Below are positions 9,730 to 19,085 of a stretch of DNA of 64,000 bases, one piece after another. The notes under the pieces are model-generated. The model did no database searches. It was not told where the DNA came from and saw only the letters and a list, made by a program, of their open reading frames with translations. A program made the position numbers and the translations under genes. Source of the DNA: Granulicella sp. (lineage in GTDB: Bacteria; Acidobacteriota; Terriglobia; Terriglobales; Acidobacteriaceae). Each line of letters starts with the position of its first letter. The first letter of the stretch is position 1. The stretch covers positions 14,044 through 78,043 of the forward strand of contig DAIDKF010000004.1 in the NCBI GenBank assembly GCA_027450185.1. The letters are read 5' to 3'.

Positions 9730-10716
9730 TTACGTATGCGTGCCTGCTGCCAGCAACTCTGCGGCGCCACGGGCAATTAATTCTTCAGCGACAGCAGCCC
9801 CGAGATCCGAAGCGGAGGTTCCGACGGCAACCTTTTTGACGACATGCGCGGTCTGCTCTCCGTCCCGCGAAACCACCATTGCGTGCAGATGCCAGAGGTC
9901 ATCCGAACGATGGCAATAGGCACCGAGCGGCAGTTGGCAGCCGCCTCCCAGCGCGTTCAACACCACACGCTCTGCCTCCGTTGCATACTCCGCATCTGGA
10001 TCGTTCAATGCACGAACTGCCTCGTAAATATAGGGGTCTCGCGCTGGATCTTCAGTGTCGAGAGGATGTTGTGAGCTGCGTGTTTCGAGTCCCAGTGCTC
10101 CCTGTCCTGGAGCCGGCGTAAGCTCATCAATGCCGAAGCGGTAGTGTACATGCTCGGTGCGTTCGAGCCGGTCGAGCCCAGCGGACGCGAGCACGAGCGC
10201 ATCGGCTTGACCCTCTGACCACTTACGCAACCGGGTGTCAATGTTGCCGCGCATCTCGACAAAGCGGATGTCCGGGCGCAACGCGAGGAGCATGGCCTGT
10301 CTTCGTGGACTGGTGGTGGCAATTCTGGCGTCAGAGGGAAGCATGTGCAACCCCCAATACTTCTCGCACACCAACGCATCACGCGCATCGACTCGCTGCG
10401 GAATCGCGGCTAGCGTAAACCGCTTATGCAGGGTTGTCGGGAGGTCCTTGAGCGAGTGCACGGCAAGATCGATTCTGCCCGCCGCCAGAGCGTCTTCGAT
10501 CTCCTTGATGAAGATACCTTTTGCGTCCAGCGGCGTTCCGTCATCAAAGGTTGCTGGCGTAACAAAACCAGGGTCCTGCATGCGGTCACCGACCGTGCGA
10601 ATCACTTCAATCTCCACAGTTTGTCCAAGGCTGCGAAGGCGCGAAGCGACATGGTTTGCCTGCCACAAGGCAAGCTGGGAACCACGTGAACCAATCCGAA
10701 TCGTATAGTTAGTCAC
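9730..10716 (-). CDS. hemC: Hydroxymethylbilane synthase (porphobilinogen deaminase)
   Basis: IGSRGSQLALWQA, KGIFIKEIE, AVHSLKD, RGNIDTRL, PAPGQGAL, GGGCQLP (cofactor Cys). Confidence 0.95.
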   Translation of the reverse strand: MTNYTIRIGSRGSQLALWQANHVASRLRSLGQTVEIEVIRTVGDRMQDPGFVTPATFDDGTPLDAKGIFIKEIEDALAAGRIDLAVHSLKDLPTTLHKRFTLAAIPQRVDARDALVCEKYWGLHMLPSDARIATTSPRRQAMLLALRPDIRFVEMRGNIDTRLRKWSEGQADALVLASAGLDRLERTEHVHYRFGIDELTPAPGQGALGLETRSSQHPLDTEDPARDPYIYEAVRALNDPDAEYATEAERVVLNALGGGCQLPLGAYCHRSDDLWHLHAMVVSRDGEQTAHVVKKVAVGTSASDLGAAVAEELIARGAAELLAAGTHT

Positions 10717-10809
10717 AACGAATAGAATACCTGTTCCGGGCAGTCCTTCGCCATGAGGCTGTGGAGCCGCGCCGGTTTAGCATGAACGAAGTCGGGAGAT
10801 GGTAGACCT

Positions 10810-11679
10810 GTGAAGATGGGAATGAAATGGACTCGGGCTCTGGCATTTGTAGTTCTGGTATTTTGCGGTTTTCTTATGGCGGAGGCGCAGGGCTACGACG
10901 CGGAAAAGCCGCTTGGATCTGCTGCGCAACAGACGCCTGCATATCTTGCTCACGCAGGCATTGAGCAACGCCTCGGCCAGCCCCTGCCGTTGTCTACTGT
11001 CTTTACCGATGAGACTGGCCGCACTGGCCCGCTTAGCACCTGGTTCAGTAATAAGCCCGTCGTGATGGCCGAGGTCTACTACAACTGCGTCATGCTGTGC
11101 CCGCAGGTGCAGCACGGCCTCGCCACCGGACTTGGCCACATCACGCTGAGGCCCGACTATGACTACGGAGTGCTCATTTTCAGTATCGACCCGATGGACA
11201 AGCCAGCGGACGCCCTCAGCGAGAAGAAGAAGTTTCTCAGCCAGGCGGGCTGGTCCAATAACCCCGAGGCCGCCAATGCCGTGCACTTCCTCACTGGCGA
11301 CCAAGCCAGTATCGACGCAATCACGGGCGCCACGGGCTTCCACTATGTCAGCGTGCCCGGGCCGGACGGCAAGATGGACCAGTTTGCGCACTCAAGCGTC
11401 GTTATGTTCGCCACCCCCGATGGCCGCATGTCCAAGTACCTCTCGGGCATCGACTATCCCACGCGCGATCTGCGCATGGCCATCCTCGACGCGGGCAATA
11501 AAAAGATAAGCAATCCCGCTGATCTGCTCATCCTCTACTGCTGCAACTATAGCCCGGAGGTCGGACGCTACTCAGTGTCGGTGATCCGTATCCTTAGCCT
11601 AGCCGGGATGATCACGCTGGCGATCATGGCTGGCATGATCTATCTGCTCACCCGGAAGCCGAAGGGGTCAACGAGTTAA
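10810..11679 (+). CDS. SCO family copper chaperone
   Basis: Signal peptide, CVMLC (CxxxC), SIDP, FLTG, QFAHSS His ligand, C-terminal transmembrane helix. Confidence 0.85.
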   Translation: MKMGMKWTRALAFVVLVFCGFLMAEAQGYDAEKPLGSAAQQTPAYLAHAGIEQRLGQPLPLSTVFTDETGRTGPLSTWFSNKPVVMAEVYYNCVMLCPQVQHGLATGLGHITLRPDYDYGVLIFSIDPMDKPADALSEKKKFLSQAGWSNNPEAANAVHFLTGDQASIDAITGATGFHYVSVPGPDGKMDQFAHSSVVMFATPDGRMSKYLSGIDYPTRDLRMAILDAGNKKISNPADLLILYCCNYSPEVGRYSVSVIRILSLAGMITLAIMAGMIYLLTRKPKGSTS

Positions 11680-11722
11680 AGTCTCGCAGTAACTGGCTGA
11701 TGCGCGAAATTTGGGTTGTTAC

Positions 11723-13165
11723 TCAGCAGGCACTCGGAAACTCGATGCGAAACTGCGTCGTTGCTCCAGAAGGCAAGCCCCCCGGTTCCGTACTACTTTG
11801 GGCAAAGATGCGACCCCCGTTCTTCTCCACCAACTCCCGCGTCACCCACAGCCCGATGCCGGTTCCAACCTCTTCCTTGGTGCTGAAGAAGGCCTCAAAG
11901 ATTCTCGGTAGATGAATTGGGTCGATGCCCTCTCCGTTATCCTCAATCACCAGAACCGCCTTCTCCTCTTCGCGCGCGATACGGATTGCAATGCGGGCAT
12001 GCTCCACGCCCACTGCGTCGGCAGCGTTGGCAATCAGGTTCGTCGCAATCTGGCGCAACTCGTGTGGGGCAATCATAATGCACACATCCGGTTCATAGTG
12101 GCATTCGATCTTGACGTTCTTCGTCTCAAAGCGGTGGTGAAAGATTGAAAGCACCTCGTTTACCACCTCGGCCATCTCGGTCTCGTCGGCGCTTGCACTG
12201 GTGCGAACAAATCCGAGCGTGAGGCGGGTGATATTGCTCAGCCTGGCCAGTTCACGCTCAGCCGTCACCAGGTATGACTGCGTGTCTGCATCCAGCGACG
12301 GACTTGAGCGCGCTAGATACAGAAGGTTCGTCACCGACTCCAGGGGATTATTGATCTCGTGCGCCACTGTGGACGCCAATCGTCCCATTGCCGCCAGTTT
12401 CTCGGCGCGCACCAACGCCGCCTCGGTCTTCTTGCGCTCTGTGATATCCAGCGTCACGCCGCGCCACACGCACCGTCTTCCGGCAACGCGATTGCCTCGC
12501 ATCTCCAGCGTGTGGACCTCACCATTCGGCCACACGACGCGATGTTCAAAAACCACTGACTCCCAGGTATTCCGCATTAACAGCATCAGATCGCGCAGTC
12601 GCTGATCATCTTCTGCATGTACCAAGGGAAGCAGAGACGGCAACTCTTCCAGTTCGATATAAGGCCGCCCGTACAGTTGATAGCTACCGCTGTACCAGCG
12701 CTCACTCTGTCCACTATCGAGGTCCAGAGTCCAGCAAGCACACTTGCTGCTGTTGAGTGATGCAATCAGATCGTCGGTGCGTTCCTGGAGCGCAACCAAC
12801 GTCGTCTCAAGCTTATCCTCTGAGCGCCGACGCAGATTGATCATGAACCAGACCACAAACGCTGAGGCAACCAGCACCAGAATGTGCATGACTTCAAACT
12901 TGATCGGCATGCTGCGCTCCGGCAGCACTACCAGAAGGAAGCCTCGCGACAGCAGTGCTACCGCAATCGTCAGCAGAGACGGAGCCAGTCCACCCAGAAA
13001 CCCAACGACGACGACCACCAGCAGATGCAGCGAGTAGGGTGTGCCGCGCAGCACAGGCACGCGCTCTGTCAACAGCGTCCCGATAATGGGCAGAACCACC
13101 GCAAGCACGAAGGCTAACCTGCGGCGCGACTGTTGGCCGTATCGCAACGGCGCAATAAGACTCAT
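11723..13165 (-). CDS. Membrane-bound PAS-domain sensor histidine kinase (orphan in this window)
   Basis: N-terminal transmembrane helices, PAS/PAC (DITERK), H-box AHEINNPLE, N-box NLIANA, G1 DNGEGI, F-box FEAFFSTK, G2 GTGIGL. Confidence 0.9.
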   Translation of the reverse strand: MSLIAPLRYGQQSRRRLAFVLAVVLPIIGTLLTERVPVLRGTPYSLHLLVVVVVGFLGGLAPSLLTIAVALLSRGFLLVVLPERSMPIKFEVMHILVLVASAFVVWFMINLRRRSEDKLETTLVALQERTDDLIASLNSSKCACWTLDLDSGQSERWYSGSYQLYGRPYIELEELPSLLPLVHAEDDQRLRDLMLLMRNTWESVVFEHRVVWPNGEVHTLEMRGNRVAGRRCVWRGVTLDITERKKTEAALVRAEKLAAMGRLASTVAHEINNPLESVTNLLYLARSSPSLDADTQSYLVTAERELARLSNITRLTLGFVRTSASADETEMAEVVNEVLSIFHHRFETKNVKIECHYEPDVCIMIAPHELRQIATNLIANAADAVGVEHARIAIRIAREEEKAVLVIEDNGEGIDPIHLPRIFEAFFSTKEEVGTGIGLWVTRELVEKNGGRIFAQSSTEPGGLPSGATTQFRIEFPSAC

Positions 13166-13439
13166 TCTGCCTGCTCTCCTACCTGGTACCCTTGCATCGT
13201 TCCAGACTAGGATTCTGGCTGGAATCTCTTGAGTTTACCTCAATAATTACAACGCCGGATGGCCCCAACTTCAACCATCTTGCTCAGTATTACAGGTGCC
13301 GGCAGCACGTCACGCACATGCCGTGAACCTACACCTAGTGCGAAACAAGGCCCCAGGGACACAATATCCATACGATGACGAGCTTCGACTGAAATTGTGC
13401 TATCTGGGGCGATTCTGGATGACAGTTGCGCAACACGAC

Positions 13440-14792
13440 CTAGTCATCTGATTCGCTATCCGCGGCCATCTCGCGCAACGCCGCGATCTGCGGGTGCAGC
13501 AGCTTGCCGGTCAACGACTTGGTCAGCCGCTCTACCGCCGCCAGTTGCTCAGGGGTCAGAGGCTGCCGCGAGAGTTGCTGGTTGATTCGCGCTATCTCCT
13601 GCTGGCGCAGGGCCTCGGCTCCCAACAGCAACTCCTTGATGGACTCCGTGACCGGTGCCTGCGAGATGCGATCGCTATACCGTGCCACCTCGCGGGTCAC
13701 GATAGACTCTGCGGCCTCAGCCTCCCGGTTACGCACCGCCTTGTTCTGAATCGCTACCTGCTGGAGGTCGTCAATGTCGTAGACAAAGCAGCCTTCCAAC
13801 TTATTCACCGCTGGCGCTACATCCCGTGGCACTGCAATATCGATGAAGAACACAGGCCGATTCTTGCGCCGCTGCAGTAATGCGCGCGCGTTCTCGGGGG
13901 TGAAGACCTGACCCGCTCCCGTGCTGGTGATGATGATATCGGCGCGGTGGGTCTGCTGATGCAACTGATCCAGGGGAATCACGCCAGTGGTAATACTAGG
14001 AGTGCGCAGAGCATCCGCAATGGCCTGCGCGCGTGACTCAGTGCGATTGGAGACCAGCAGCATGGTTGCTCCCTGCTGAATCAAATGGCGTGCCGTGAGA
14101 TCACTCATCTTGCCTGCGCCCACCAGCAGGACGGTCTTGCCCTCGAGCGATCCGAAGATCTTGCGCGCCAACTCCGCCGCGACGGATGCCACCGACACCG
14201 TGGTGTTGCCAATTTGGGTCTCCGTCCTCACCTTCTTCGCTACAGAAAATGCACGTTGCAATAAAGGGTCCAGCGTCGACTTTACTGCCCCCACTTCGCG
14301 CCCCACTGTCCACGATTGCTTCACCTGCCCCAGAATCTGCGGTTCTCCCACGACCATTGAATCCAGCGAACTCGCCACCCGGAACAGGTGTCGGATCGCT
14401 TCGCGCTCACGGAACTCGTAGACATGCGGCTCAATATCGGTGGCTCGAATCTGCAGATATTCGTTGAGAAAACGGATGACGCTTAGCGCCGGTGCCTGAG
14501 GGCCGGAGTGGAATGTATCCCTGTCCGCTTCCGGCCCGCCGTCCAACCCGTCCTGCACCGTCAGAATCTCCACGCGATTGCAGGTGGAGAGGATAAGCGC
14601 TTCGCGTATTCCAGGCTGATCAGCCAGCGTGCGCGTCGCGTCAGCGAGCCGGTGCGTGGGAATTGCCAACCGTTCCCGCACTGAAATCGGGGCGGTCGTA
14701 TGGTTCACGCCCAGAAGCAACAGTCTTGAAGTCTGGGCCGCCACTGTCTTGGCTGACGATCGCACGATCCTTATGCTGCTTCGATCACTCAT
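13440..14792 (-). CDS. hemA: Glutamyl-tRNA reductase
   Basis: GVNHTTAP..VRE, LSTCNRVE, SSLDSMVVGEPQILGQVK, GAGKM, DIAVPRD, YDIDDL. Confidence 0.95.
   Translation of the reverse strand: MSDRSSIRIVRSSAKTVAAQTSRLLLLGVNHTTAPISVRERLAIPTHRLADATRTLADQPGIREALILSTCNRVEILTVQDGLDGGPEADRDTFHSGPQAPALSVIRFLNEYLQIRATDIEPHVYEFREREAIRHLFRVASSLDSMVVGEPQILGQVKQSWTVGREVGAVKSTLDPLLQRAFSVAKKVRTETQIGNTTVSVASVAAELARKIFGSLEGKTVLLVGAGKMSDLTARHLIQQGATMLLVSNRTESRAQAIADALRTPSITTGVIPLDQLHQQTHRADIIITSTGAGQVFTPENARALLQRRKNRPVFFIDIAVPRDVAPAVNKLEGCFVYDIDDLQQVAIQNKAVRNREAEAAESIVTREVARYSDRISQAPVTESIKELLLGAEALRQQEIARINQQLSRQPLTPEQLAAVERLTKSLTGKLLHPQIAALREMAADSESDD
14500..14537. repeat. Palindromic element inside the hemA coding sequence
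   Basis: GGGCCGGA-GTGGA...TCCGC-T-TCCGGCCC; coincides with an apparent extra loop (GPEADRDTFHSGP) after TCNRVEI. Confidence 0.55.
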
Positions 14793-15604
14793 GGCGTCTT
14801 GAACCTATGCACCGCAGAAAGCGAGTTCGCGGCCCACACAGCGATCATCACCAGGAACACGAAGCTCGAGAGATAGACTGCGCGCCGCCCGCGGAGGCCG
14901 CTGCGGCTGCGGATGAAGATCATCAGGATGTATGCAATCCACATTGCGAAGGACAGCAGCACCTTGGGATCCGCAAAGAACGACAGGCCAATCGTCTGCA
15001 GTGCCAGCACCGATCCAATCAGCAAGCCCGCCGTCATGCACGGCAGCCCAAAGCGCAGAGCGTTCAAGCCAATCTGGTCCAGCGTCTCCAGCGGCGGCAA
15101 CCAACCGCGCTTGCTCTCCATGCGCTTTTGCTTCAGCCGCCGTTCTTGAATCAGGTAGAGCAGACTCGCAATCAGAGAGAGAAACATCGCAGCATAGGCC
15201 GCCAGCAGCAGAGCGATATGCAGCATGATCCACCCGGTTCGCACCAGGGGATAGACGATCTTCTCGTGCCCTGGGTCGAACGCCGGAACAATGGCCAGCA
15301 GTACCGCGATCGGCAGCAGAAAGATTCCAAAGGACACCGTCCGGTAGCGCGCGGCCAGAATCAGGAATCCGACGATCAGTAGCAGCCCCAGCATCGAAAG
15401 CGTCTCGTGAGTGTCCACCGGCAGCGCTCGATGGGCCGCATACAACGTCTCTGCGATGGATACGAAGTGGAAGAACGCCCCTGTAAACGCCGCAGGTAGC
15501 GCAATATGCCGCCAGCGCGGCCGGTTGTATAGCGCAGCGGGCAGCACCGCCAATGCGGCAATGCCGTAGAGAATCACCGCAAGTCGTAGCCAGAGCAGAG
15601 TCAT
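14789..15604 (-). CDS. ccsA: CcsA/HemX-like cytochrome c assembly family membrane protein
   Basis: Multiple transmembrane helices, LHIALLL, QERRLK, LPPLETLD, DPKV; ATGA overlap with hemA. Confidence 0.8.
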   Translation of the reverse strand: MTLLWLRLAVILYGIAALAVLPAALYNRPRWRHIALPAAFTGAFFHFVSIAETLYAAHRALPVDTHETLSMLGLLLIVGFLILAARYRTVSFGIFLLPIAVLLAIVPAFDPGHEKIVYPLVRTGWIMLHIALLLAAYAAMFLSLIASLLYLIQERRLKQKRMESKRGWLPPLETLDQIGLNALRFGLPCMTAGLLIGSVLALQTIGLSFFADPKVLLSFAMWIAYILMIFIRSRSGLRGRRAVYLSSFVFLVMIAVWAANSLSAVHRFKTP

Positions 15605-15990
15605 ACGTTCAGCTTCGCACGCTGGATGTGCGAGAAAATCCAGTATATCCGCAGTCCGCCACGCAATTTGTGATCACACGCACAGACCGGCGATCGCCCT
15701 CCGTTGGTTTGATCCATGCGTTGCCAACTGCACCAATTCAAGTGCAATGCAGCCAACGCATATCCAGCACACACCCGACCTCGCAAAAACGATTGCCAAA
15801 CGGGCGATTTTGCGCACGCTCAGATCTGTTGTTAACCCATTGAGCGGCTGCAACCAAGCATTATCGACGTACCGTGCAGCCTCAGTGGTCCGATATCGAC
15901 TCGGATCTTCTATCATCACCAGACCTTACGTACAAAGACAATGGAAGAAAGCTCGTTATATTACCCTCAATCTTTATTGTAACCATTACC

Positions 15991-16248
15991 TTAATGCCGC
16001 GCATTGCTCGCATCGTACGCTACCGACTGCTCCAGATACGACAGCAGCTTACTCTCAATCAGCGACAGAGGCAGAAAAAATGGGTGATCGAGGACCTTGA
16101 TCGCAAGCTTGCCCTCGGCATAGAGGTACTCAGCGGTTACACCATCCTTGGTAATCGTCCCGGTGGTTCCGGCCAACTCTATCCCATTGGTGCGCAGCCG
16201 TTGAGCGGCCGCGGCAAACTGTGTCTCGGACATCGGAATCTCAATCAT
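15991..16248 (-). CDS. Small hypothetical protein (85 aa)
   Basis: Globular-looking ORF (MIEIPMSETQF...KDGVTAEYLY...HPFFLP); TACACT -10 box 6 nt before the ATG. Confidence 0.6.
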   Translation of the reverse strand: MIEIPMSETQFAAAAQRLRTNGIELAGTTGTITKDGVTAEYLYAEGKLAIKVLDHPFFLPLSLIESKLLSYLEQSVAYDASNARH

Positions 16249-16319
16249 GCTGCCAGTGTAGAAGCCGCCGAAGATTTGGCCAAGCGTCTGCGGTATTCTG
16301 GGCACTCTGATACGAGTGT

Positions 16320-19085
16320 ATGACCATGGCAACTGAAACAGGCTCAGCAGCAACCGACCGTGACCTCACCCCGGTGATGCGACAATACCGTGCCGCCAAG
16401 GACGCTCATCCTGACGCCCTGCTCTTCTTTCGTCTGGGCGACTTTTATGAACTCTTCTATGAGGATGCCCTGATTGCCTCGCGCGAGTTGCAGTTAACCC
16501 TCACCTCGCGCGACAAAACCAAATCTGTGCCCATGTGCGGCGTGCCCTACCACTCTGCCGGAATCTACCTGCAGCGTTTGCTGCGCAAGGGCTTCCGGGT
16601 GGCGTTGTGCGAGCAGATGGAGGACCCTAAAGCCACCAAGACCATCGTTCGCCGCGAGGTCACCCGCGTGCTCACGCCGGGAACCGCTGTCGATGCCGCA
16701 CTGGACGCCAGTGAAAGCCAGTGGCTCGCCAGCATTGCAGCCACAGGTTCCAATGCAGCCGCCGCCGTTGGAGTCGCCGCCATTGATCTCTCCACCGGAG
16801 AGTTCCGAGCTACTGAATTCTCCGGCACCTCCGCCTGGGCACTGGCGCTCGACGAGTTGGCCCGCATGCGCCCAGCCGAAGTCATCTATCCCCAAAATGC
16901 AGGGCCGCGCGGAGCAGGTTTCGGGGCCACCTCGCAGAGCGTCCGACAGGGCGTGCTCCGCGAGGCTGGCTCTCAGGGCTTCGGCCCGCAAGCACCCGAA
17001 GAAGCCGTGCAACTCGACATCTCGGGCGCGCGCACCGAAGTTGAAGACTGGGTCTTCACCCCGGACTATGCGCTCCCGCTGCTTCGCCAGCAACTCCGTG
17101 TGCACTCGCTCGACGGCATGGGTCTGGAGCATCGTCAGGCAGCGGCCGTCGCCGCTGGCTCCATCGTCCACTACCTCCGCGCCACCAAGCAGGGTGCGCT
17201 CGATCACCTTGACACCCTGCGATACTACGAGCGCAACGACTGTCTCGAACTCGACGCAGTGAGCGTCCGCAACCTCGAACTCGTTGAGTCGATCTTCTCT
17301 GGAGAAGGCGCGCAGACTACCCTCTTCTGGACGCTCGACGCCTGCTGCACGCCCATGGGCAAGCGACTCTTGCGCTCGCAACTGCTTCGCCCCATGCAGT
17401 CGCCCGGCGCTATTAACATGCGTCTTGACGCCGTGGGCGAGGCCGCCGCGGATATTCGCCGCCGCGAAGGGTTGCGCCGCGCCATGGAAGGAGTCCTCGA
17501 CCTCGAGCGATTGCTCGGCCGAGTCGCCATGGAGACGGCAGGCCCGCGTGAGGTCGTCGCTCTCGGCAAGACCGTTGCCCGCCTCCCCGGTCTGCGCTCC
17601 GCCGTTGCAGAGTTTGCACCTGCAAATCCTTCCGGCCGCTGGGCCGAGTTAGCCATCGCCTTCGATACCCTCGACGATCTCCATGAACTCATCGCCCGCA
17701 CGCTGGTCGATGAGCCACCCGTTGCGCTCTCCGACGGTGGTTCCATCCGCGAAGGCGTTGACGCAGACCTCGACGCCGTGCGTAGCCTGTCGTCCACAGG
17801 CCGCCAGCGTATTGCCGCGATTGAGGAGCGTGAACGCGAGCGAACTGGCATCGGCTCGCTCAAAGTGCGCTTCAACTCCGTCTTCGGCTATTACCTCGAG
17901 GTCACCAAGGCCAATGCCAAATCTGTTCCCGTCGACTACGAGCGTAAGCAAACCCTGGTCAACGCCGAACGTTTTACGACACCCGAACTCAAGGACCTCG
18001 AAGTCAAAATACTAACCGCGCAGGAGCGCTCCAGTGAGATCGAACGCCGCATCTTCGCTGAGCTTCGCCGCCAGATCCTCGCAAACGCCGCGCGCATCCG
18101 CGAGACCTCCCGGCACATCGCCGAGATCGACCTGCTGGGAAACTTCGCCCACCTTGCAGCCATGCGGGGATACGTCAGGCCGGAGATCGACGCCAGCGAA
18201 ATCCTCGAATTCAGGGGCGGCCGCCATCCGGTCGTCGAGCGCCGGCTGGAAGATCAGGGCGCTGGGAGATTCATCCCCAACTCGCTGCATCTTTGTGCCG
18301 GAGATTCGACGACGGACGGGCCATCGCTGCTGCTGATCACTGGCCCCAATATGGGCGGCAAGAGCACCTACCTCCGCCAGGCTGCACTGCTGGTGATCAT
18401 GGCACAGTGCGGTTGCTTCGTACCGGCAGAGAGCATGAAGCTAGGGCTCGTCGATCGCATCTACACCCGCATCGGTGCCGCGGATAACGTTGCTCGCGGC
18501 CGGTCGACATTCATGGTCGAGATGACCGAAACCGCAGCGATTCTGAATACTGCAACCTCGCGCTCGCTTGTGCTGCTCGACGAGATGGGACGCGGAACTG
18601 CCACCTACGACGGGCTCTCGCTCGCATGGGCCACCGTCGAGCACCTGCACGACACCATAGGCTGCCGCACCCTCTTCGCCACGCACTACCACGAACTCAC
18701 CCTGCTGGCCGATCGTCTTTCACACCTCCGCAATGTCCGCGTCACCGTGCGTGAAAACGCCAGTGGCATCGTCTTCCTCCACACGGTTGAGCCGGGCGCG
18801 GCCAGCAAGAGCTATGGCATTGAGGTCGCGCGCCTCGCCGGCCTTCCCAATGCGGTCATCAGCCGCGCCCGTGAGGTCCTTAAGGTCCACGAACGCGCCG
18901 AGAGCCAACAGGTCCGCGAGTCCGCCCCTGCGATGCGCGAGGCCCAACTGCAGATGACCATGTTCACGCCTCTCTCGCAACGCATCGTCGATCGCATTGA
19001 GCAGGTGGACATCGACGGCCTCACCCCGCGAGAGGCGCTGCAACTTCTGGCAGACCTACAGCGTGAGTTGAAAGGTGATGCATGA
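16320..19085 (+). CDS. mutS: DNA mismatch repair protein MutS
   Basis: TPVMRQY, FFRLGDFYELF, PMCGVPYH, TGPNMGGKSTYLRQ, STFMVEM, DEMGRGT, FATHYHEL, SYGIEVA. Confidence 0.97.
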   Translation: MTMATETGSAATDRDLTPVMRQYRAAKDAHPDALLFFRLGDFYELFYEDALIASRELQLTLTSRDKTKSVPMCGVPYHSAGIYLQRLLRKGFRVALCEQMEDPKATKTIVRREVTRVLTPGTAVDAALDASESQWLASIAATGSNAAAAVGVAAIDLSTGEFRATEFSGTSAWALALDELARMRPAEVIYPQNAGPRGAGFGATSQSVRQGVLREAGSQGFGPQAPEEAVQLDISGARTEVEDWVFTPDYALPLLRQQLRVHSLDGMGLEHRQAAAVAAGSIVHYLRATKQGALDHLDTLRYYERNDCLELDAVSVRNLELVESIFSGEGAQTTLFWTLDACCTPMGKRLLRSQLLRPMQSPGAINMRLDAVGEAAADIRRREGLRRAMEGVLDLERLLGRVAMETAGPREVVALGKTVARLPGLRSAVAEFAPANPSGRWAELAIAFDTLDDLHELIARTLVDEPPVALSDGGSIREGVDADLDAVRSLSSTGRQRIAAIEERERERTGIGSLKVRFNSVFGYYLEVTKANAKSVPVDYERKQTLVNAERFTTPELKDLEVKILTAQERSSEIERRIFAELRRQILANAARIRETSRHIAEIDLLGNFAHLAAMRGYVRPEIDASEILEFRGGRHPVVERRLEDQGAGRFIPNSLHLCAGDSTTDGPSLLLITGPNMGGKSTYLRQAALLVIMAQCGCFVPAESMKLGLVDRIYTRIGAADNVARGRSTFMVEMTETAAILNTATSRSLVLLDEMGRGTATYDGLSLAWATVEHLHDTIGCRTLFATHYHELTLLADRLSHLRNVRVTVRENASGIVFLHTVEPGAASKSYGIEVARLAGLPNAVISRAREVLKVHERAESQQVRESAPAMREAQLQMTMFTPLSQRIVDRIEQVDIDGLTPREALQLLADLQRELKGDA
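16923..16996 (+). repeat. Palindromic element inserted in-frame in mutS
   Basis: About 21-bp hairpin at 16923-16973 with a GACA loop, then GGGC-TTCG-GCCC (16976-16987); encodes GATSQSVRQGVLREAGSQGFGPQAP in the connector-domain insertion. Confidence 0.7.

Noticed and set aside
10020-10580. Extra loops in HemC (also in ThrC at about 32790-32860 and in NadE) as further palindromic inserts
   Set aside because: Only 5-6 bp stems were found, within chance for GC-rich DNA.
15605-15990. Long leader upstream of ccsA-hemA as a possible riboswitch or sRNA
   Set aside because: No recognisable aptamer consensus or convincing terminator by eye; an Rfam search would be needed.
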